A DNA stretch of 64,000 nucleotides from Gammaproteobacteria bacterium (GTDB lineage: Bacteria > Pseudomonadota > Gammaproteobacteria > Eutrophobiales > Eutrophobiaceae), in NCBI GenBank assembly GCA_965238225.1, contig OZ250183.1, forward strand, positions 480,001 through 544,000. The letters run 5' to 3'. Positions 1 to 10,772 of this stretch are shown here, piece by piece (position 1 is the stretch's first letter; every line of letters begins with the position of its first letter). The notes beneath the pieces were generated by a model, which did not search any database, was not told where the DNA came from, and saw nothing but the letters and a program-made list of their open reading frames with translations. The translations under genes and the position numbers were made by a program.

Positions 1-1990
1 GGATGTTAGCTTCTTGTTCTGAGATAGCGGCAGCAACCGTTGCAAGTGTGCCGCGCTGGTTTGTTGCATGCATACGAATTTGAGTTACGAAGTCACGCTC
101 GATATTGTTCTCCCATTCAACATCAATCCATTTTTCAGGATAATTGCGAAATTCTGTAATATTTTTACAGGATCGATAGTGTATTACGATACCATGCCCA
201 GATGAGCTGAAACCAACGATAGGATCCCCCGGTAGGGGATAACAACATTTTGGAAAATGTACCACCATCCCTTCAGTACCTTTGATAACGAAAGGTTGAG
301 TGTTATTTTCTTTGTTATTGCTATCTATTAATTTTGAGGATTTCTTATCCATATTCATCATACGTCTGGCAATCAACGGCGCAATCCGGTTGCCTAGTCC
401 AATTTCAGCTAATAAGGTTTGTTTGTTGTCTAGGCGGTATTCTTTCAGAATTTCTTTAATTTTTGTTGCTGGTATTTGATCGTAGCGACAGCCAAATAGA
501 TCCAACTCTCGGTTGAGTAGACGTAAGCCGAGTTCAATGGCTTCATCTTCTTTCAAGTTTTTCAGATAATTCCGGATATTGGTTCTAGCTTTGGCCGTGG
601 TGACAAATTTTAACCATCCAGGGTTTGGCTTAGCGTTGGGTGAGGTAATAATTTCAACCGACTGACCACTATCGAGTTTTGTCCCCAGCGGAGCTAAGCG
701 TCGGTTTACTCTTGCACCAGTACAAGTGTTGCCGATATCGGTATGGATAGCATAGGCGAAATCCACAGAAGTAGCACCTTTTGGCAGTTCTATAATTTTT
801 CCTTTAGGCGTAAATATATAGACGGCATCAGGGAAAAGATCGACCTTGACGTTTTCAAGAAATTCCTGAGGATTCCCAGCTGTTTGTTGCATTTCCATGA
901 TACGTTGCAACCACTCACGCGCCTTACGGTGCGCACCACTTCTATCTCTGGATTCTTTTTCAGATTTATAAAGCCAATGTGCTGCAATGCCAGTTTCAGC
1001 GACATCATCCATTTCCTTGGTACGAATTTGTACCTCGATATTTACACCAAAATGGCCAAATAAAACAGTATGCAGGGATTGGTAACCATTAGTTTTTGGG
1101 ATAGCAATATAATCTTTGAATTTTCCTGATATCGGTTTATAGAGATTATGTATAATACCAACTGTTCGATAGCAGTTGTCTACATCTGCCACCATGATTC
1201 TAAAGGCATAGACATCGTATACTTCGTTGAAAGTTAGTTTATTCTTACGCATTTTTTCGTAGATACCATGCAGGTGTTTTTCTCTTCCGTGTATCTCAGC
1301 CGGTAATTTCTCTTGGCGCATGCGCCGACGCAAGGCATTTCTAATCTTGGTTATTACCTCTTTCCTGTTACCACGCGCTTTACGGACTTGCTCAGCTAAT
1401 ATCCTGTGTCGCATGGGATACATGGTTAAAAATCCAAGCTCTTCAAGCTCAAGGCGAATATTATTCAAGCCCAATCGTTGTGCGATGGGAACATAGATAT
1501 CCAGAGTTTCACGCGAGATACGCATGCGTTTTTCATACAGCAGAGACTTTAGAGTTCTCATGTTGTGGAGTCTGTCAGCCAGCTTAATCAGTATGACGCG
1601 TATGTCTTGACTCATAGCCATAAGCATTTTTCGGAAATTCTGAGCTTGTGCTTCTTTTGCGTTATCAAATGTAATTTGAGTGAGTTTACTGACACCATCA
1701 ACCAATTCAGCAACATTTTTTCCGAATTTTTTCCCGATTTCATCTTTGGTTGTCGAAGTATCTTCGATGACATCATGGAGAATAGCAGCCATCAACGTTT
1801 GATGATCCATATGCATTTCTCCCAGAATACCTGCAACCTCCAGCGGGTGGTGTATATATGGTTCTCCGCTGATACGTTGTTGTCCTTCATGCGCTTTGGC
1901 ACCGAACCGATAAGCTTTAAATATCTGATCTATCTGATGTTGATCGAGATAAGAACTTATTACCTTCGCGAGATCACTAACCTGATACAT
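1..1990 (-). CDS. spoT: Bifunctional (p)ppGpp synthetase/hydrolase, runs off the left edge
   Basis: Manual translation from ATG at 1990: MYQVSDLAKVISSYL...AHEGQQRISGEPYIHHPLEVA...AAILHDVIEDT (intact HD motif). Lies downstream of rpoZ. Absent from the ORF track, presumably because there is no stop within the window. Confidence 0.95.
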   Translation of the reverse strand, partial: MYQVSDLAKVISSYLDQHQIDQIFKAYRFGAKAHEGQQRISGEPYIHHPLEVAGILGEMHMDHQTLMAAILHDVIEDTSTTKDEIGKKFGKNVAELVDGVSKLTQITFDNAKEAQAQNFRKMLMAMSQDIRVILIKLADRLHNMRTLKSLLYEKRMRISRETLDIYVPIAQRLGLNNIRLELEELGFLTMYPMRHRILAEQVRKARGNRKEVITKIRNALRRRMRQEKLPAEIHGREKHLHGIYEKMRKNKLTFNEVYDVYAFRIMVADVDNCYRTVGIIHNLYKPISGKFKDYIAIPKTNGYQSLHTVLFGHFGVNIEVQIRTKEMDDVAETGIAAHWLYKSEKESRDRSGAHRKAREWLQRIMEMQQTAGNPQEFLENVKVDLFPDAVYIFTPKGKIIELPKGATSVDFAYAIHTDIGNTCTGARVNRRLAPLGTKLDSGQSVEIITSPNAKPNPGWLKFVTTAKARTNIRNYLKNLKEDEAIELGLRLLNRELDLFGCRYDQIPATKIKEILKEYRLDNKQTLLAEIGLGNRIAPLIARRMMNMDKKSSKLIDSNNKENNTQPFVIKGTEGMVVHFPKCCYPLPGDPIVGFSSSGHGIVIHYRSCKNITEFRNYPEKWIDVEWENNIERDFVTQIRMHATNQRGTLATVAAAISEQEANI

Positions 1991-2112
1991 AATAGTGATA
2001 AATTTGAGTTGTGAGTAAAAATTATTTGTAGTGAAGTTGTGACAGTGTGCGTCGTAATTATTCCTTGAAGTTTGTAAAATGAAAATTTTTTTAAGGAAAA
2101 CTTTATCAAAAA

Positions 2113-2370
2113 TCAACTTTCTGTTTCGTTTTCATCCAGTATTGCGAATTCATCAAGTAATTCAGTTTTACCGATGGTATCGATATTTTCCATTGTGATA
2201 AGACCGTCAGCAATCTCGCGCAGTGCGATTACAGCGGGTTTATTATTATTTTCATCTACCAAAGCATCTTTGCCCAGAATGAGCTGTCTAGTACGTTTTG
2301 CGGCTAGTAACACTAGGTCATAGCGGTTATCTATTTGTGTCAGGCAATCTTCAACCGTCAATCTGACCAT
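2113..2370 (-). CDS. rpoZ: RNA polymerase omega subunit
   Basis: MVRLTVEDCL...NRYDLVLLAAKRTRQL...KPAVIALREI; gmk-rpoZ-spoT order. Confidence 0.97.
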   Translation of the reverse strand: MVRLTVEDCLTQIDNRYDLVLLAAKRTRQLILGKDALVDENNNKPAVIALREIADGLITMENIDTIGKTELLDEFAILDENETES

Positions 2371-2534
2371 TTTAAAACCTCATTATTAAAAAATTATTAT
2401 GTAAATGTTATACCATTTAGAGCAGTGGTTAAGGGTACGGGAAACCTAGCGAAGCGGAACGTTGGACTTCTGCAGGAAGAATTATTGTTAAGCAAGACGT
2501 GGTCACACATACTTTGGTCATTCTACTAAAAAAT

Positions 2535-3170
2535 CTAGTTTTTTGCTATTAGGTTAGTGACAAATGCATTCAAATCAGCCTGTTTTGGTCGTTTGTCTTC
2601 CCGCAAAGCGACAAATAAACTCTGTAACTTACCAAGCGCCAGTCCGAACTCATCGTTTATGACCAGATAATCGTATTCTTTGTAGTGCGAGAGCTCATTT
2701 AGCGCATTATCCATTCTTTTCTGGATAACGCCAGCATCATCTTTTCCTCGGCTTGTGAGTCTGGTTTTTAATGCCTGATAGCTTGGTGGTAATATAAAAA
2801 TACTGATACTTTCTGGAATCAATTGTCGAACTGTTGCTGCTCCCTGCCAGTCAATCTCCAGAATCACGTCAGTACTATTTCTTAATTGTGATTCAAGTGA
2901 TGTTTTAGATATTCCATAATAGTTGTCGAAGATTTTGGCATGCTCAAGGAATTTACCTTCATTAACCATTTCCATGAAGGAATCTACATCAATGAAATGG
3001 TATGCAATACCGTCCTGTTCATTATCACGCTTTGGACGTGTAGTATGGGAAATTGATACCGTCAATTCTGGATCGGCGCTACAAAGCGCCTCTATTAATG
3101 TTGTTTTTCCTGCGCCAGAAGGGGCAGAGATAATGATAAGCTGACCTATTTTGTTGGTTTGATTTTTCAA
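2535..3170 (-). CDS. gmk: Guanylate kinase
   Basis: SAPSGAGKTT, SHTTRPKR, LEIDWQGA. Confidence 0.97.
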   Translation of the reverse strand: MKNQTNKIGQLIIISAPSGAGKTTLIEALCSADPELTVSISHTTRPKRDNEQDGIAYHFIDVDSFMEMVNEGKFLEHAKIFDNYYGISKTSLESQLRNSTDVILEIDWQGAATVRQLIPESISIFILPPSYQALKTRLTSRGKDDAGVIQKRMDNALNELSHYKEYDYLVINDEFGLALGKLQSLFVALREDKRPKQADLNAFVTNLIAKN

Positions 3171-3217
3171 TTTTCTGATAGTAGTGCTTTTATTAATTTC
3201 TTGAAATCTTAAAAATA

Positions 3218-4084
3218 TTATTCAATATTCTGTATTTGTTCTCGCATTTGTTCGATCAATACTTTTAGCTCAACGGAGGTATTTGCGTAATCAAGGCTTG
3301 CCGTTTTTGATCCAAGCGTGGTTGCTTCCCTGTTTAATTCTTGCATGAGAAAGTCCAGTTTTCGACCAACAGACTCATTTCTTTGCAGAGCTTGTCGAAC
3401 TGCTCCTAGGTGGGTATCTAGCCTATCTATTTCTTCTGCGACATCTGATTTTTGTACTAACAATAATATTTCTTGTTCCAGTCTATCTTTATCCAGTTTG
3501 ATATCCATCTCCTGCATCTTTTGAGTTAGCTTATCTCGTAGCATTTTTTGTATTTTCGGTAATTTTTCTTTGAAGGCTTTAAGCAGAGTAGCAATGTTGT
3601 CACAGCGTTTAAGTATTATGGCTTGCAGTTTTTCACCTTCGCTTAATCGTGTCTCAACAACACTTTCTAATGTTATATCCAACTGTTTTAATAAAAGATC
3701 TGAGGCTGACTCAGAATCAATTATTTCTTGATTAATTACGCCAGGCCAGCGTAGAATATCCATTGCATTTATTGTCGATGGGTTAATCATTGATGATTGT
3801 ATGGATTCTGAAGCTTTGACCAGACTATTTACAAGTTCTGCATTAATAGACAAGCCATTGCGAGATGGCTCATTAGCATAAAAACGTAATGAACAATTAA
3901 CTTTGCCACGTTTGATTTTACTTGATATGTGTTCACGGACACTAGCTTCCAGTATTCTTAACTCTTCTGGTAGGCGAATACTCATTTCAAGATAGCGGTG
4001 ATTGACACCACTTATTTCCCAGATGATATGTCCTGCTTCGTTTATTTCTTCGGTGCGGCCATAGGCTGTCATGCTTGCTGTCAT
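3218..4084 (-). CDS. yicC: YicC/YloC family endoribonuclease
   Basis: SMTAYGR, VNHRYLE, GRKLDFLMQELNRE, EQMREQIQNIE. Confidence 0.95.
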   Translation of the reverse strand: MTASMTAYGRTEEINEAGHIIWEISGVNHRYLEMSIRLPEELRILEASVREHISSKIKRGKVNCSLRFYANEPSRNGLSINAELVNSLVKASESIQSSMINPSTINAMDILRWPGVINQEIIDSESASDLLLKQLDITLESVVETRLSEGEKLQAIILKRCDNIATLLKAFKEKLPKIQKMLRDKLTQKMQEMDIKLDKDRLEQEILLLVQKSDVAEEIDRLDTHLGAVRQALQRNESVGRKLDFLMQELNREATTLGSKTASLDYANTSVELKVLIEQMREQIQNIE

Positions 4085-4215
4085 AATGGGCTATCTGATT
4101 TATGAGTTTGTTTCTGTCAGTTTAAGTTTATACCAAACTACTTGGAATATTAAGGCAAATAACACATGCTTTAATCATGTATAATTCGCAAATTTTTCGA
4201 TGTGGAGAGAATATA

Positions 4216-4929
4216 ATGCGTCCAAGTGGAAGAGCGCCTGAGCAATTACGGGAAATCAAGTTAACTAGAGATTACATTTGTCATGCTGAAGGTTCAGTGT
4301 TGGTCGAGTTTGGACAAACCAAGGTTATTTGTACGGTGAGCACTGAAGACCGCGTGCCCAATTTTCTAAAAGGCAAAGGACAGGGCTGGTTGACTGCAGA
4401 GTATGGTATGTTGCCACGTTCGACAGGTTTAAGGATGCGTAGGGAGGTAACACAAAGTAGTCAGAGGGGAAGAACCATGGAAATTCAACGTTTGATAGGA
4501 CGCTCTTTACGTACGGCAGTTAATTTGGAAAAACTAGGTGAAAGAACGCTAATTGTAGATTGTGATGTGATTCAGGCAGATGGTGGTACGCGAACTGCAT
4601 CTATCACGGGCGCCTATGTGGCACTGGTTGACGCTGTTAGATCGCTGCAGTATGAGAAAGTGCTGAATGAAGACCCTGTAATCAATGCTATTGCCTCTGT
4701 TTCTGTAGGTATTTATCAAGACACTGCCGTGTTAGATCTTGATTATATAGAAGATTCAAATGCGCAGACAGACATGAATATTGTAATGAATAGTGATGGT
4801 AAATTTATCGAGGTGCAGGGTACTGCAGAAGGTCACCCCTTTAGTTCTGATGAATTAAACGAGATGTTGATATTAGCTCAGAAGGGAATTACCAGTATCT
4901 TAGAGATACAGAGTAAGGCTTTGGCTTAA
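4216..4929 (+). CDS. rph: Ribonuclease PH
   Basis: [39 protein letters not shown]; start placed at MRPSG. Confidence 0.97.
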   Translation: MRPSGRAPEQLREIKLTRDYICHAEGSVLVEFGQTKVICTVSTEDRVPNFLKGKGQGWLTAEYGMLPRSTGLRMRREVTQSSQRGRTMEIQRLIGRSLRTAVNLEKLGERTLIVDCDVIQADGGTRTASITGAYVALVDAVRSLQYEKVLNEDPVINAIASVSVGIYQDTAVLDLDYIEDSNAQTDMNIVMNSDGKFIEVQGTAEGHPFSSDELNEMLILAQKGITSILEIQSKALA

Positions 4930-4943
4930 TAGAATCGGTCTTT

Positions 4944-5567
4944 GTGGAAACGACATCAATTAAAAATAGAATCGTGCTGGCAAGCAACAACGCTGGAAAG
5001 TTAAGTGAAATCATGCAGCTACTTGATGGCTTAAATGTTGATGTTTTACCACAGTCTGAGTTTAATATTTTGGAAGTAGAAGAAACAGGATTTAGTTTCG
5101 TCGAAAATGCAATCCTCAAGGCGAGGAACGCCGCGCAGCATACGGGTCTTCCGGCAATTGCAGATGATTCAGGTATTGCAGTCGATGTTCTGCAAGGTCG
5201 ACCTGGAATTTATTCAGCACGCTTTGCAGGTGTTGATGCAGATGATGAAGATAATTTATTGAAGCTTATCGATATAATACAATCATTTCCAGAAGAAAAA
5301 CGCATAGCCCGGTTTATTTGTTCAATGGTCTATTTAAGGCATGAACATGATCCGCTTCCCATTATTGCTCAGGGTGTTTGGCAAGGACAGTTAGTCATTC
5401 AGCCGAAAGGGGAGAATGGGTTTGGTTATGATCCCATATTTTATATCACATCCTTGCAGTGTACCGCAGCAGAATTGGCACCAGAAATAAAAAATAAATT
5501 AAGTCATCGTGGGCAGGCGCTTGGTAAGTTACTCGACAGACTCAATGAAGTGTACCCTGAGAAGTAG
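4944..5567 (+). CDS. rdgB: dITP/XTP pyrophosphatase
   Basis: ASNNAGK, ADDSGI, PGIYSARF, GFGYDPIF, SHRG. Confidence 0.96.
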   Translation: METTSIKNRIVLASNNAGKLSEIMQLLDGLNVDVLPQSEFNILEVEETGFSFVENAILKARNAAQHTGLPAIADDSGIAVDVLQGRPGIYSARFAGVDADDEDNLLKLIDIIQSFPEEKRIARFICSMVYLRHEHDPLPIIAQGVWQGQLVIQPKGENGFGYDPIFYITSLQCTAAELAPEIKNKLSHRGQALGKLLDRLNEVYPEK

Positions 5568-5600
5568 CTCTATTTTAGCTACAAATTTACCGGCGACTAG

Positions 5601-6767
5601 ATGTTGAGTTTTAAAAAAAATCCCCATTTATCTTTATATATACATCTGCCTTGGTGCATTAAAAAATGCCCTTACTGTGATTTCAATTCACATGATCTAA
5701 ATAATGACGTTTTTCAAGAAGATGCATATATTGATGCGCTAATTAGTGATCTTGAATCTGAATTACCACGTATTTGGGGTCGTCCCATTATCAGTATTTT
5801 TATTGGCGGCGGAACGCCAAGCTTATTTTCTGCTGAGGCAATTGGTCGTTTGATGGCAGCCTTACGCGAGAGACTGACGTTTTATCACAATACTGAAATT
5901 ACTATAGAAGCTAACCCGGGAGCGGCAGAGGCGGGTCGGTTCAATGCCTATCGTGAATCAGGAATCAACAGATTGTCGATTGGCGTACAGAGTTTTGACG
6001 ATAATAAATTAAAACGACTAGGGCGCATACATAATAGTGAAGAAGCTTTGTCTGCTATTATGATGGCAAAAGATGCCAAGTTTGATGAAATTAATATTGA
6101 CCTGATGTTTGGTCTGCCAGAACAATCTATTGATGAAGCGATGTCTGATCTTGAAGTAGCTGTGGAACAAAATCCCACGCATCTATCTTGGTATCAATTG
6201 ACTATCGAACCTAATACGATTTTTTATTCGAACCCACCCGCTTTACCTGTTGATGATCTATTATGGGATATGCAACAACAGGGGCAAGCATATCTATCTG
6301 CTGAGGGATTCTCCCAATATGAAATTTCTGCCTACGCGAGCAAAGGCAAGCATCATCAATGCCAACACAATCGTAACTATTGGCAGTTTGGAGATTATCT
6401 GGGAATTGGTGCCGGGGCACATGGAAAGTTGACGCATGTCGCAGAAGGCAAGATAGAACGTTATGCTCGTCATCGTATCCCAAAAAATTATATCGGTAAA
6501 GCAATTCAGTCAGATGCCATTATAGAGTCAAGATTTTTAGGCAGGGACGAATTGCCATTGGAGTTTATGATGAACGTCTTACGTCTTAACGAAGGTTTTC
6601 ATCCATCTCTTTTCATTGAGCACACAGGCTTGCCGTTGAGCCATATTCACAAGAAATTGGAAGTAGCTCACGAAAGAGAATTAATTGAATGGAATATCAA
6701 TATGATAAAACCAACGGAAACAGGGCATCGTTATCTGAATGATTTGATAGAATTATTTATGAAATAA
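5601..6767 (+). CDS. hemW: Radical SAM heme chaperone (HemN-like)
   Basis: LYIHLPWCIKKCPYCDFNSH, GGGTPS, HNRNYW; follows rdgB. Confidence 0.93.
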   Translation: MLSFKKNPHLSLYIHLPWCIKKCPYCDFNSHDLNNDVFQEDAYIDALISDLESELPRIWGRPIISIFIGGGTPSLFSAEAIGRLMAALRERLTFYHNTEITIEANPGAAEAGRFNAYRESGINRLSIGVQSFDDNKLKRLGRIHNSEEALSAIMMAKDAKFDEINIDLMFGLPEQSIDEAMSDLEVAVEQNPTHLSWYQLTIEPNTIFYSNPPALPVDDLLWDMQQQGQAYLSAEGFSQYEISAYASKGKHHQCQHNRNYWQFGDYLGIGAGAHGKLTHVAEGKIERYARHRIPKNYIGKAIQSDAIIESRFLGRDELPLEFMMNVLRLNEGFHPSLFIEHTGLPLSHIHKKLEVAHERELIEWNINMIKPTETGHRYLNDLIELFMK

Positions 6768-6824
6768 GCCCAGATAATATTTTGAACGGATGAATCTACC
6801 CTAAAAGACAAGCCCATTGATGTT

Positions 6825-7997
6825 ATGATAAACACAATGAACAAAACATTTTTGAGTATAAAAAATGAAAAAGACTTAGGTAAATTATGCAGGCAGTTAA
6901 GAGGCAGTGACTGGTTAGCGGTTGATACTGAATTCGAGAGAAGCAAAACATATTATCCAGAGCTATGTCTGATACAAGTTGCCAATGCAGATGTTGCTGC
7001 TATTATTGATCCTATAGTAATTAGTAACCTTGATATTTTCTTTACAATACTTTACGACGAATATATTACCAAGGTATTCCATTCAGCACATCAGGATCTT
7101 GAAATATTCTTCAATCTTAAAGGCTCAATACCCAAGCCAATCTTTGATACTCAAATTGCCGCACCCTTTTTGGGGTATGCAGAACAAATAGGCTATGCAA
7201 AACTGGTGCAACAAGTAACGGGTATCGAGCTTGACAAGGCTTTTACTCGTTCTGACTGGAAGTTTCGGCCTTTAAATAAAGGGCAGCTTGAATATGCAAT
7301 TAACGATGTTACCTACCTTGGATTAATCTATATTGAATTTTTCGAAAAACTTAAGAAATTAAATCGATGTTCTTGGTTAGAAGAAGATTTTTTTGCACTG
7401 GTAGATACGGCTCGCTATCAAACAGACCCGCAGCACGTATGGAAGAAAATATGTGAATCAAAAAAACTCAAAGGAGAAAAGCTAGCCGTTCTTCAGGAAT
7501 TAGCCGCGTGGCGAGAATTGACGGCAAGAAAAGAGAACAAGCCTAGACACTGGCTGATAAAAGATGATGTTATTGTTGGCATGGCGCAACTTCTCCCTGC
7601 AGACATGAACGAATTGAGCAAGATAAAAAATTTACAGAATCTATTTTTAAAGAAATATGGAGAAGCATTATTAGAGCTTATTCATAAAGCCAGAAAAAAA
7701 TCTCCAGAACCGCTGGCCGAAGTCATTAGACGTGACAAACTGACGCACCAGCAAGAAGCGATTGTTGATGCATTGTCAATTATCGTCAGGTTGCAGGCGG
7801 ACATTCATGGTATGAAGCCTAATAAGCTTGCCTCCAGAAAGGAACTACAGGCATTCGTGCAAAACCAGGATGAGTCAGTATTACTTAGTAACTGGCGGAA
7901 ATCATTGATTGGAGATGCGCTGAGTAAATTTATGTGTGGCGATCAAAATATTCGTTTGATTGGCAATAAATTATCAATCATTAGCAACGAAACATAA
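6825..7997 (+). CDS. rnd: Ribonuclease D
   Basis: AVDTEF, KVFHSAHQDLE, FDTQIAA, SDW..RPL, YAINDV, HRDC-like C-terminal part. Confidence 0.93.
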   Translation: MINTMNKTFLSIKNEKDLGKLCRQLRGSDWLAVDTEFERSKTYYPELCLIQVANADVAAIIDPIVISNLDIFFTILYDEYITKVFHSAHQDLEIFFNLKGSIPKPIFDTQIAAPFLGYAEQIGYAKLVQQVTGIELDKAFTRSDWKFRPLNKGQLEYAINDVTYLGLIYIEFFEKLKKLNRCSWLEEDFFALVDTARYQTDPQHVWKKICESKKLKGEKLAVLQELAAWRELTARKENKPRHWLIKDDVIVGMAQLLPADMNELSKIKNLQNLFLKKYGEALLELIHKARKKSPEPLAEVIRRDKLTHQQEAIVDALSIIVRLQADIHGMKPNKLASRKELQAFVQNQDESVLLSNWRKSLIGDALSKFMCGDQNIRLIGNKLSIISNET

Positions 7998-8076
7998 TTC
8001 AGACTAAAACTGAAATTCAGAAATTTTTGCTATGGACAAGACTGAATATTTCCTTAAGTGTATTCACAAAAAGGTA

Positions 8077-9693
8077 TTATTGAACAGCTTTCATCTTATT
8101 GAGTTCAATGCCATGGCTTTGCAGATATTCATCGTAGCTACCACTGAAATTACTCACACCATCTGGCGTGAGTTCAATAATGCGGGTAGCTAGAGACGAT
8201 ACAAACTCACGATCGTGGCTCGCGAAGATTAAGGTGCCTGCATAATTCTTAAGGGCAAGGTTTAAGGATTCAATAGATTCCATATCCAGATGATTAGTTG
8301 GCTCGTCCATCACTAGAATATTCGGTGTTTGTAGCATAAGTTTTCCAAAGAGCATGCGGCCTTCTTCTCCACCTGAAATGACTTTGACAGATTTATCCCC
8401 TTCATCGCTAGAGAATAATAATCGACCTAATATTCCACGAATTACTTGTTCATCATCAGATGTTTTGCCCCATTGACTCATCCAGTCAAACAAGCTTATA
8501 TTCTTTTCAAATTCATCAGTATGGTCTTGTGCGAAATACCCAATGGTAGAATTTCCAGACCATTTTATTTGACCGCTGTCGGCTTCAAGCTTATTTACCA
8601 AGCAATTTAATAATGTCGTTTTACCAATTCCGTTTGGACCAATAATTGCAACACGCTCGCCGACTTCAATATTCAATTTAAGTTCGCTAAACAGAGGTCC
8701 TTCATCAAAACCTTTTGTTAGTCCTTCTACTTCCAGAGCCAGACGGTATAATTTTTTATCTTGTTCAAATCTGATATAGGGGCTAATACGACTGGAAGGC
8801 TTAATATCTTCCAGTTGTATTTTATCAATTTGTTTGGCGCGTGAAGTCGCCTGTTTTGCCTTTGATGCATTGGCAGAGAAACGACTGACGAAGGTTTGTA
8901 GTTCTGAAATCTGTGCTTTTTTCCTAGTATTATTCAACAACATTCTCTCTCTTGTTTGGGTTGATGTAATCATGTAATCATCATAATTACCCGGATAAAT
9001 CTTGACTCCTCCGTAGTCCATATCAGCAATATGCGTACAAACGCTATTAAGAAAATGACGATCATGAGAAATAATAATCGTCGTGCTTTTACGTTCGTTG
9101 ATGATATTTTCTAACCAGCGGATGGTATTGATGTCCAAGTTGTTGGTAGGTTCATCCAAGAGCAATATATCCGGGCAAGCAAACAAGGCTTGTGCCAGTA
9201 ATACACGAAGTTTCCAGCCAGGGGCAACTTCACTCATGAGTCCTTCATGCTGTTCAAGTGGGATACCAACACTAAGCAGCAACTCCCCAACGCGAGATTC
9301 TGCACTGTAGCCATCCATTTCTCCAAACTCGGCTTCCAGCTCGGCAACTTTCATACCTTCTTCTTCGCTCATGTTTTTTATGGCATATATTCTTTCGCGT
9401 TCTTGTTTGATTTGCCAAAGTTCACTATGCCCCATGATGACGGTCTCTAGAACGGTAAACTCTTCAAAAGCAAATTGATCCTGTCCTAATTTACCAACAC
9501 GCTCATTGGGGTCTGTTGAAAAGTTCCCGGAACTGGCTTCCTGTTCACCGCCAAGTATTCTCAGAAAAGTTGATTTGCCACAGCCATTGGCGCCAATCAA
9601 GCCATAGCGGTGACCTTCGCCAAACTTAACTGAAACATTTTCAAACAGAGGTTTGGCTCCGAATTGCATGGTGAGATTTGCTGTTGTAATCAA
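8077..9693 (-). CDS. ybiT: ABC-F family ATPase (YbiT-like)
   Basis: Two ABC domains ([34 protein letters not shown]), [15 protein letters not shown] linker, no transmembrane segments. Confidence 0.9.
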   Translation of the reverse strand: MITTANLTMQFGAKPLFENVSVKFGEGHRYGLIGANGCGKSTFLRILGGEQEASSGNFSTDPNERVGKLGQDQFAFEEFTVLETVIMGHSELWQIKQERERIYAIKNMSEEEGMKVAELEAEFGEMDGYSAESRVGELLLSVGIPLEQHEGLMSEVAPGWKLRVLLAQALFACPDILLLDEPTNNLDINTIRWLENIINERKSTTIIISHDRHFLNSVCTHIADMDYGGVKIYPGNYDDYMITSTQTRERMLLNNTRKKAQISELQTFVSRFSANASKAKQATSRAKQIDKIQLEDIKPSSRISPYIRFEQDKKLYRLALEVEGLTKGFDEGPLFSELKLNIEVGERVAIIGPNGIGKTTLLNCLVNKLEADSGQIKWSGNSTIGYFAQDHTDEFEKNISLFDWMSQWGKTSDDEQVIRGILGRLLFSSDEGDKSVKVISGGEEGRMLFGKLMLQTPNILVMDEPTNHLDMESIESLNLALKNYAGTLIFASHDREFVSSLATRIIELTPDGVSNFSGSYDEYLQSHGIELNKMKAVQ

Positions 9694-9824
9694 TGCGTTT
9701 CTCCGTCTATATAAAAATGTGGCGCATTATCCCATAAAGCGATTTGTTTGTGCAGTGAACAGGTGGCAGGAAATATGTTCTTGTACTAACATTCAAGCTT
9801 ATGATTACAGAAGAGTTCCATGGT

Positions 9825-10544
9825 TCAATTTATAATGGCAACAGGGATAGATTGAACAAGTTTTATTTCTTCAGTTGAAACTTCTGCGTAGTAGGCCATG
9901 GCTTTAACTCCTGCTTGAACCGCAAGTCGGAGTGTTTCTGAATACAAGGGATCAATTGTCTGAGCTGGTCTAAGCCCTCTTGCATCATTCCTTTGTACAC
10001 AGTAAAAAATGACGGCTCGGTGTCCTTGAGCCACCATTTTTATTAATTCACGTAGATGTTTGCTACCCCTCGCACTGACAGCGTCAGGGAAATAAGCGAT
10101 ATTATCCTCAACAAGCGTGACATTTTTTACCTCCACATAACATTGTTCGGCATTAATGCAATCATCTTTCTTTAGTAAAATGTCTACGCGACTTTTTTCA
10201 TCACCGTAAGGTACTTCAGTAAGAATTTTTTGATAATTTTGTAATTCTTTAATGGTGCCATTTACAATCGCTTCTTGCACCAGCTGGTTGCTTAGATTAG
10301 TATGAATACCAACCAGTACGCAAGGTTTGGCTTCCACTATTTCCCATGAATATGGGTATTTACGACTCGGGTTGGCTGTGTCTCGTACCCAGACCCTGGA
10401 GCCCGGTATAGAACATCCAGTCATGGCACCCGTGTTAGGGGTGTGTGCAGTAATGACAGTCCCATCATCAAGTTCAATATCCGCCAAAAAACGTTTATAG
10501 CGTTTGATTAAAACTCCTTTAGTGTAGGGATATAAAAATTTCAT
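9825..10544 (-). CDS. sfsA: SfsA family DNA/RNA nuclease
   Basis: RYKRFLAD, HTPNTGAM, VEVKNVTL, FPDAVSARGSKHL. Confidence 0.95.
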   Translation of the reverse strand: MKFLYPYTKGVLIKRYKRFLADIELDDGTVITAHTPNTGAMTGCSIPGSRVWVRDTANPSRKYPYSWEIVEAKPCVLVGIHTNLSNQLVQEAIVNGTIKELQNYQKILTEVPYGDEKSRVDILLKKDDCINAEQCYVEVKNVTLVEDNIAYFPDAVSARGSKHLRELIKMVAQGHRAVIFYCVQRNDARGLRPAQTIDPLYSETLRLAVQAGVKAMAYYAEVSTEEIKLVQSIPVAIIN

Positions 10545-10772
10545 TGCCTATCGAAACAAAATTCTTTAATTTTGCCTAAATCGATATTGAGAATTAACAT
10601 TGGATATGTACAATCATGGTTTTGGCGCTTAACATCATTAATATCAGCAATATTATCTAGATAAATCAGAGTCAGTAATCACTACCAGTTTTACATAATT
10701 TATCCTAGGTACATTTATCTTGGAAGGGTGAGCCTAGGCAGACGACCTTTTTAATAAACATCTAAAGCAAAA

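Noticed and set aside
743-2014. Short ORFs 743-1063, 790-1008 and 1565-2014
   Set aside because: They overlap spoT, antisense or out of frame.
2371-2534. Longer than usual gmk-rpoZ gap with a GC-richer patch; possible small RNA
   Set aside because: No tRNA, riboswitch or convincing stem structure could be recognised by eye.
10722-10752. Possible terminator after fusA (AAGGGTGAGCCTAGGCAGACGACCTTTTT)
   Set aside because: The stem is too imperfect to call with confidence.
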